DNA of 5,732 bases from Octopus sinensis (lineage: Eukaryota): NCBI RefSeq assembly GCF_006345805.1, contig NW_021829863.1, forward strand, positions 1 to 5,732. Reading direction: 5' to 3'. The notes beneath the pieces were generated by a model that ran no database searches, was not told the DNA's origin, and was given only the letters and a program-made list of their open reading frames with translations. Each line of letters starts with the position of its first letter. The stretch's first letter is position 1. Positions 1 to 5,427 of this stretch are shown one piece after another. Both the position numbers and the translations under genes were made by a program.

Positions 1-48
1 GTTTGTTTTTTACATCACTGTTTCGTCTTTTGTTTTTTTGTGAATTCT

Positions 49-50
<2 letters not shown>
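1..50 (+). mobile_element. 3' terminus of a (TA)n-associated repeat, putatively Penelope-like (runs off the window start)
   Basis: Its reverse complement matches 86-136 (28 of the first 29 nt) and resembles 2284-2350. All three copies end directly on a (TA)n array. The PLE label is an inference from the motif at 2386-2410 and the microsatellite association. Confidence 0.5.

Positions 51-84
<34 letters not shown>
51..84. repeat. (TA)n microsatellite
   Basis: Perfect TA run of about 17 units. Confidence 0.98.
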
Positions 85-87
<3 letters not shown>

Positions 88-150
88 AGAATTCACCAAA
101 AAACAAAAGACGAAGACAGGTGGTGTTAAGACAAACAGATGTATTAGCAT
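85..150 (-). mobile_element. Second copy of the (TA)n-associated terminus, opposite orientation
   Basis: gggagaattcaccaaaaaacaaaagacgaagacaggtggtg...gtattagcat is similar to 2285-2352 (gggaagctttatgaaaataaacaaaagacgaaggcaggtgg...gtattagtat). Confidence 0.55.
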
Positions 151-161
151 ATATACATATG

Positions 162-194
<33 letters not shown>

Positions 195-242
195 TATACA
201 TATATATATAGTATATATATATATATTATTTTTTTTATTTAT
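150..242. repeat. Interrupted (TA)n/(TACA)n low-complexity tract with T-rich end
   Basis: Direct reading of the sequence. Confidence 0.9.
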
Positions 243-662
243 TTTACTTGTTTCAGTCATTTTGATTTTGGCCATGCTGGAGTACCGCCTTTAGTCGATC
301 AATTCGACTCAGGACTTATTCTTTGTAAGCCAAGTACTTATTCTGTCGGTGTATTTTGTCCGACAGCTAAGTTACGAGGACGTAGACACACCAACTTCGG
401 TTGTCAAGCGATGGAGAAAGGACAAACACACACACACATACATTCGCGCGCGCGTACATACATATATATATTATATATATATATATGTATGTGTGTGTGC
501 GTATTCGACGAGCGCCTTTCAGTTTCCGTCTAAGAAATCCACTCACAAGACTTTGGTCGGCCCGAGGCTATATAGAGTGGAAGACACTTGCCCAAGGTGC
601 CATGCAGTGGGACTGAACCCAGAACCATGCGATTGGGAAGCAAGCTTCTTACCACACAGCCA
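243..662 (-). mobile_element. tRNA-derived SINE, family 1, near full length
   Basis: On the minus strand: A box TGGCTGTGTGG (662-652), B box GGTTCAGTCCC (619-609), CORE-like GCACCTTGGGCAAGTGTC, internal CA/TA/TG microsatellite (about 425-505) and tail ...GACTGAAACAAGTAAA. Homologous to 1167-1539 and 1551-1895. Confidence 0.88.
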
Positions 663-1116
663 AGTAACAATACGGTCGAGAAATGGATCGGTCTGGTTAC
701 GGAGAAGAAGCGACGAGCAAATTTCATATCTCACATTTTCTGATTTTCATTCAAATCGTGTGGTATCTATATGTGGGGCTTTTTTTGATTTTCCGATCGC
801 ATGCAAATGGTTGCAGGCAGTTTTCTGGCTAACGTGAAGTTCTATTGCCAGTTCTCGGGTGGTTTCACGTGGATTTTTCTCAATGACGGTTTTCAATTGA
901 CTGTCATTGATGACAGATGAGTGTCCACTGCGCTCACGATCTTCAAGGCTCAGGTCTCCACTGCGAAATCGTTTAAACCATTTTCGAGCTGACCACTCAC
1001 TGGACATTTTCTCACCAAACGGTTCGTTGATATCGCGAGCAGTTTCAGCTGCTTTACGTCCTTTTTTTGAAGTTGAATAGCAAAATTGCTCGAATATCGC
1101 GCTTTGACAGTTCCAT
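663..1116 (-). pseudogene. mariner (Tc1/mariner, Mos1/Hsmar1-like) transposase N-terminal fragment, frameshifted
   Basis: ATG at 1116 gives MELSKRDIRAILLFNFKK. A +1 shift in the A7 run (1062-1068) continues GRKAAETARDINEPFGE..ARKWFKRFRSGDLSLEDRERSG..TTRELAIELHVSQKTACNHLHAIGKSKK, i.e. two HTH domains. A second +1 shift (780-786) leads to *IPHDL (752-769), the WVPHEL motif with TGG>TAG. A third shift near 735 gives RYEICSSLLLRNQTDPFLDRIVT, which ends just before the first catalytic D. No TIR is seen. Confidence 0.92.
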
Positions 1117-1166
1117 TTCAGATGATTATTAACTACGGTGAAAAAATAACAATCCTTTCTTTTTTC

Positions 1167-1539
1167 CTTTTACTTGTTTGACTGCGGCCATGCTGGAGCA
1201 CCACCTTTTGGTCGAGCAAATCGACCCCAGGACTTATTCTTTGTAAGCTTAGTACTTATTCTATCGGTTTCTCTTGACGAACCGCAAAGTGACGGGTACG
1301 TAAACACACCACCATCGGTTGTCAAGCGATGTTGGGGGGGGGGACAAACACAGACACACAGACATATACATACATACACATAAATATATATATATATATA
1401 CGACGGGCTTCTTTCAGTTTCCGTCTACCAAATCCACTCACAAGGCTCGAGGCTATAGTAGAAGACACTTGCCCAAGGTGCCACGCAGTGGGACTGAACC
1501 CAGAACCATGTGGTTGGTAAGCAAGCTACTTACTACACA
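1167..1539 (-). mobile_element. tRNA-derived SINE, family 1, slightly 5'-clipped
   Basis: Colinear with 243-662; B box at 1500-1490; internal (CA)/(TA) tract at about 1346-1400; small deletions near 1180 and 1447. Confidence 0.88.
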
Positions 1540-1550
1540 TTCGGCTAATT

Positions 1551-1625
1551 TCTTCTGCTATAACCTCGGGCCAAGCAAAGCCTTCTGAGTGAATTTGGTA
1601 GACGGAAACTGAAAGAATCCTGTCG

Positions 1626-1697
<72 letters not shown>

Positions 1698-1895
1698 GTG
1701 TGTCTTTGTTTATTTCCCCAACATCGCTTGACAAACGATGCTTGTGAGTTTACGTCCCCGTAACTTAGCGGTTCGGCAAAAGAAACCGATAGAATAAGTA
1801 CTCGGCTTACAAAGAATAAGTCCTGGGGTAGATTTGATCGACTAAAGGCAGTGATCCAGCATGGCCGCAGTCAAATGACTGAAACAAGTAAAAGA
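1551..1895 (+). mobile_element. SINE family 1, 5'-truncated (no tRNA head)
   Basis: Begins at tcttctgctataacctcggg. It is the reverse-complement homologue of 1167-1470, has internal (TA)n(TG)n at about 1628-1705, and ends ...gactgaaacaagtaaaaga. Confidence 0.88.
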
Positions 1896-1933
1896 TATAT
1901 ATATATATATATATATATATAAATTTATATATA
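1895..1933. repeat. (TA)n microsatellite, interrupted
   Basis: Direct reading of the sequence. Confidence 0.93.
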
Positions 1934-2024
1934 AGGATAATATCGATGTTTAAGTGTCGAAATTATCAAGTGGCCAGCATGAAAGAAATACCTTTCAAAG
2001 GTAAAAAGATTTTTAACAATTAAA

Positions 2025-2208
2025 AATGAGGGGTCTAAAAGACACCAACATGCCGAAATAGCAGTCGAAACTCTGACTATAAAACCACGTTAAATGTTCA
2101 TATCGCACCATGAGGAAAGCACCATGGTGCGATATGAACATTTAACGTGGTTTTATAGTCAGTTTCGACTGCTATTTCGGCATGTTGGTGTCTTTTAGAC
2201 ACCCTCAT

Positions 2209-2209
<1 letters not shown>
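2025..2209. repeat. Near-perfect long inverted repeat (about 87-bp arms, 10-nt spacer)
   Basis: Arm 2025-2112 versus arm 2123-2209 differs only by a 1-nt and a 2-nt indel. The spacer is aggaaagcac. Confidence 0.97.

Positions 2210-2283
<74 letters not shown>
2210..2283. repeat. (TA)n microsatellite, interrupted by TTA units
   Basis: Direct reading of the sequence. Confidence 0.97.
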
Positions 2284-2494
2284 AGGGAAGCTTTATGAAA
2301 ATAAACAAAAGACGAAGGCAGGTGGAATACAAACAAACAATTGTATTAGTATGGCGCTCAGGAAATAAATAAGACAAGTCTTTTACCTTCGAGCCTACGC
2401 TCTTCGACAGAAAGATACACAGAAAAGAAACACGGAGAGAAACAAGGAGAGAAAAAAAATGCGTGCAGAGGCTAGCGAATCAACATGGCGATCT
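2284..2494 (-). mobile_element. Putative Penelope-like element 3' end between (TA)n and (GATA)n arrays
   Basis: Similar to 1-50 and 85-150. The minus strand carries CTGTCGA-A-GAGC-GTAG-GCTC-GAAGG, resembling a degenerate PLE hammerhead core. The left boundary is approximate to a base or two; the right boundary is uncertain. Confidence 0.5.
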
Positions 2495-2495
2495 G

Positions 2496-2526
<31 letters not shown>

Positions 2527-2598
2527 GAATAGATGGATAGATGGATAGATAGATAGGTAGACACCCACACGCAAAGACACGCGCACGCATGCACACTC
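2496..2598. repeat. (GATA)n/(GATG) microsatellite followed by a degenerate (CA)/(CG) tract
   Basis: GATA units at 2496-2561; acacccacacgcaaagacacgcgcacgcatgcacac follows. Confidence 0.93.
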
Positions 2599-2931
2599 AG
2601 TCAATGCACTCCTTACAGCTCGATCAAGCGAGTTTCCATCCTCAACACCATATATAACATCGACTTGATAAATTGTATTTGTTTTAATTTATTTTCTCCC
2701 TATCCTGCCTCCACCCTCTTTCCCCTCTCTATCACTCTCTCCTTCTTCGTTTACATGAAATATTTTTGAAAATATTTTATAACATGGTAATGTCGTTGGT
2801 AGCATTCTTAGAATATATTTTAATATTTTAAAACAACACTGTTTAATATTTATGTATTGGAAAAAGTTGTTTTGTGTGTTATAACCGCAAGTAAAATTTT
2901 TCAGCGGAGAGAAGAAAAAAACAAACCCGTA

Positions 2932-3110
2932 TGGTGATCGGCGGAATCGTTAATGTTGGACAATTTGTCTGGAGGGAATTTTCTCTTTTACTTTTGACTT
3001 TGTGAGTTCGAATCCCAGCGAAGTCCACTTTACTTTTCATTTTTCTTGGGTTGGATAAACTATAGTACTAATCATGTACTACTGTTGGTATAATCGACCA
3101 TGTTCATCCC
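2932..3110 (+). mobile_element. Old, diverged tRNA-SINE, family 2
   Basis: A-box-like cggcggaatcg (2939-2949), B box GAGTTCGAATCCC (3004-3016), then aagtccactttacttttcat...gtacta...taatcgac, colinear with the body of 3781-4023. Confidence 0.65.
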
Positions 3111-3113
3111 CTA

Positions 3114-3304
3114 TAATAATAAGAATAATGGTTTCGAATTTTGGTACAAGGCCAGCAATTTCAAGGCGAGGATAAGTCGATTACATTGACTCCAGAGCTT
3201 AACTGGTACTTTATTTATCGACCCCAAAAGTATGAACTTAGAACGTAAAGACGGACGAAATGCCGCTAATCATTTTGCTAACGATTCTGCTAGCTCGCCG
3301 CCTT
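3114..3304 (-). mobile_element. SINE family 2, (ATT)n-tail subtype, internally deleted (copy A)
   Basis: Head AAGGCGGCGAGCTAGCAGAATCG on the minus strand; tail ttttggtacaaggcc...; flanked by a 22-bp exact direct repeat. Confidence 0.8.
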
Positions 3305-3440
3305 AATAATAAGAATAATGGTTTCAGATTTTTGCCTCAAGTGAGTAAATGGTACTTATTTAATCGACTCCGAAAAGATAAAAGGAAAAGTCGACCTTGG
3401 CGGAATTTGAACTCAGAATGTGGCGATAGACGAAATACCG
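3305..3440 (-). mobile_element. SINE family 2, head-truncated and internally deleted (copy B)
   Basis: ggtacttatttaatcgac...gtcgaccttggcggaatttgaactcagaa...gaaataccg matches the other copies; same tail as copy A. Confidence 0.78.
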
Positions 3441-3662
3441 ATTTCTTTACTACCCGCAAGGGGCTAAACACAGAGAGGACAAACAAACGGATTAAGTCGA
3501 TTATATCGACCCCAGTGTGTAACTGGTACTTATTTAATCGACCCCGAAGGGATGAAAGGCAAAGTTGACCTCGACGGAATTTGAACTCAGAACGTAGCGG
3601 CAGGCGAAATACCGCTAAGCATTTCGCCCGGCGTGCTAACGTTTCTGCCAGCTTGCCGCCTT
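3441..3662 (-). mobile_element. SINE family 2, full length (copy C)
   Basis: Reverse-complement homologue of 3781-4023 along its whole length, including the A and B boxes. Confidence 0.9.
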
Positions 3663-3780
3663 CTGTTCTCGTAATGATATAATGATAGTGGCCTCTCTCT
3701 TGTTATTTATTGGACTAAGAAGACAATGAACGGGTAGAATCGTTAGAACATCTTTGTTACCATCATAACGCCTTCTTATT

Positions 3781-4023
3781 AAGGCGGCAAGCTGGCAGAA
3801 TGGTTAGCATGCCGGGCGTAAATCTTAGCAGTATTTCATCAGCCGCTACGTTTTGAGTTCAAATTCCGCCGAGGTCGACTTTGCCTTTCATCCTTTCATC
3901 ATCGGGGTCGATAAATTAAGCACCAGTTACGCACTGTGGTCGATGTAATCGACTTAATCCGTTTGTCTATCCATGGTTGTCCCCTGCATGTTTAGTCCCT
4001 TGAGGGCAATAAAGAAATAAGAA
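3781..4023 (+). mobile_element. SINE family 2, full length (copy D)
   Basis: A box TGGCAGAATGG (3793-3803), B box GAGTTCAAATTCC (3855-3867), GTCGAT-GTA-ATCGAC hairpin (3939-3953), tail aataaagaaataagaa. Confidence 0.9.
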
Positions 4024-4100
4024 TCATTTATCGGGGGAGGGGTTTTACAATAGAACGGATTATAATGCCCTGTTATTATTTATGCTAATTAAATATGACA

Positions 4101-4208
4101 TTCTTTTCTGCACAAGGCCCGAAATTTTGGGAGAGGGGGCCAGTCTATTAGATCGTTCCCTGAAAAGATGAAAAGTCGACCTCGGCGGAATTTGAACTCA
4201 GAATGTAA
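4101..4208 (-). mobile_element. SINE family 2 fragment, AGA-tail subtype, internally deleted
   Basis: gcacaaggcccgaaattttggg...gtcgacctcggcggaatttgaactcagaa matches 4802-5022. Confidence 0.8.
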
Positions 4209-4401
4209 GCCTAATAAGAGTAGGTTTGGAAATTTCGCAGTGCTTTCGGTATTATTTCGTTTTATATTCGTTAAGTTTTTCTTCTACATTTTGCATAATT
4301 TCAACTAGAGATAATAGCCTTTTATGTGACAGGAAATTGCAAATTCATCATCTCTATACAGTCCTCCATCCAATGAACTGCGTGTATCTCTGAGACTACT
4401 T

Positions 4402-4739
4402 TTTTTTTCTTTTTTTTTTTTAAAGACTCCGCCGGTTACGACGACGAGGGTCCCAGCTGATACGATCAACGGAACAGCTTGCTCGTGAAATTAACGTGCA
4501 AATGGCTGAGCATTCCACAGACACGTGTACCCTTAACGTAGTTCTCGGGGATAATCAGCGTGACACAGAGAGTGACAAGGCTGACCCTTTGAAATACAAG
4601 TATTTTTGCCAGCTGAGTGGACTGGAGCAACGTGAAATAAAGTGTCTTGCTCAAGGACACAACGCGTCGCCGGGAATCGAACTCACAACCTTACGATCAT
4701 GAGCCGAATGCCCTAACCACTAAGCCACGCGCCCTCACA
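4402..4739 (-). mobile_element. Full-length tRNA-derived SINE, family 3, with poly(A) tail and 13-bp TSD
   Basis: Minus-strand head GGCGCGTGGCTTAGTGGTTAGGGCATTCGGCTCATGATCGTAAGGTTGTGAGTTCGATTCCC carries A and B boxes. It is followed by CORE-like GTGTCCTTGAGCAAGACACTTTA and an A-rich tail (T run 4400-4421). Identical tctgagactactt occurs at 4389-4401 and 4740-4752. Confidence 0.93.
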
Positions 4740-4801
4740 TCTGAGACTACTTAGGATACACATGTCTGCAAACTTACATCCTACAGCTCTTGCATATCTG
4801 T

Positions 4802-5022
4802 CTTTATTCTTTTCTACTCTCGGCACAAGGCCCGAAATTTTTGGGAAGGGATCTAGTCGATTAGATCAACCTCAGTACGCAACTGGTACTTATTTATCTA
4901 CCCCGAAAGGATGAAAGGCAAAGTCGACCTCGGCGGAATTTGAACGCAGTACGTAACGGCAGACGGAGTACGGCTACGCATTTCGCCCGGCGTGCTTAAC
5001 GATTCTGCCAGCTCGCTGCCTT
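4802..5022 (-). mobile_element. SINE family 2, AGA-tail subtype, full length
   Basis: Head AAGGCAGCGAGCTGGCAGAATCG on the minus strand; body as in copy C; tail tctttattcttttctactctcggcacaagg. Confidence 0.88.
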
Positions 5023-5120
5023 TTTTTCTACTCTAGGCACAAGGCTCGAATTTTGGGGGGAGGGGTCCAGTTGATTAGATCGACCTCAGTATGCAACTGG
5101 TACTTAATTTATCGACCCCG
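5021..5120 (-). mobile_element. SINE family 2, AGA-tail subtype, 3' half only
   Basis: ttttctactctaggcacaaggctcgaattttgggggg...atcgaccccg repeats 4810-4905 with substitutions. Confidence 0.85.
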
Positions 5121-5203
5121 TATATGGGCAGTAATTATCAACAATTATGTTTGTTCAGGCAAACGACGATTACGTCATATTGCCGCCTTTTACGATTTGC
5201 TAC

Positions 5204-5290
5204 ACCAGTTAAACACTGAGGTCGGTGAAATCAATTTGCCCCATCCCCCAAAATTTCAGGTCTTGTGCGTATAAGAAAAATAATTATTAT
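5204..5290 (+). mobile_element. SINE family 2, diverged 3' fragment
   Basis: accagttaaacactgaggtcg...ccccatcccccaaaatttcaggtcttgtgc resembles the reverse complement of 4820-4885. Confidence 0.65.
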
Positions 5291-5427
5291 AGTAAAGTTC
5301 TTGTCATCAACGATAGTAATTTTCCTGCTGAACTCTAAGGCTTTGTTGGAGAGTGAGGAAATGTTTTTTTTTTGTAATAGACTGGAAAAATTGCAATTAT
5401 GTCTATCGGGATGAATTTACAAGTATA

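Larger units (their letters stand above)
4030..5425 (-). pseudogene. Highly decayed Penelope-like retroelement reverse transcriptase, fragmented by nested SINEs
   Basis: Motifs appear in the expected order on the minus strand: CKFIPIDIIAIFP (5421-5383, like CxFIxFDIxxFYP), NKALEF (from 5347), GGLYRDD (GLYRDD at 4364-4347), AKFPNL (4238-4221, FLD-like position, same frame as YRDD) and L*SVLL*NPSP (4065-4033, like LYxxxxSNHPP). Identified by eye only. Confidence 0.62.

Noticed and set aside
3-616. ORFs of 63-176 aa (3..533, 10..201, 401..616)
   Set aside because: They are translations of (TA)n/(CA)n tracts and SINE sequence (poly-YI, THTH), open only because these repeats lack stops.
349-837. 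162-aa plus-strand ORF
   Set aside because: It runs antisense through a SINE and the mariner fragment and has no coherent protein character.
1170-1588. Overlapping ORFs resembling many 'hypothetical proteins' (…VEDTCPRCHAVGLNPEPCGW)
   Set aside because: They lie wholly within SINE family 1. The same peptide recurs in the other copy, so any database hits would be mis-annotated repeats.
1663-1693. (TG)n and nearby alternating purine-pyrimidine tracts as Z-DNA elements
   Set aside because: These are an ordinary variable internal microsatellite of SINE family 1, with nothing locus-specific.
2693-2930. Pyrimidine tract and AT-rich stretch with a small aaatatttt/aaaatattt hairpin
   Set aside because: No convincing splice acceptor and exon follow, and short AT-only inverted repeats are expected by chance at this composition.
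3114-3662. Regularly recurring direct repeats that might suggest a CRISPR-like or satellite array
   Set aside because: They are explained by tandem SINE copies with variable deletions. There is no constant repeat/spacer period and the context is eukaryotic.
4660-4739. Possible genuine tRNA-Met gene (CAT in loop)
   Set aside because: The acceptor and anticodon stems are imperfect, and the sequence continues into a SINE body with poly(A) and TSD. It is a SINE head, not a tRNA.
5160-5190. acgattacgtcatattgccgcctt resembling a family 2 SINE head
   Set aside because: The match is short and partial with no B box nearby. The interval fits the expected spacing of the PLE RT remnant equally well, so it cannot be assigned.
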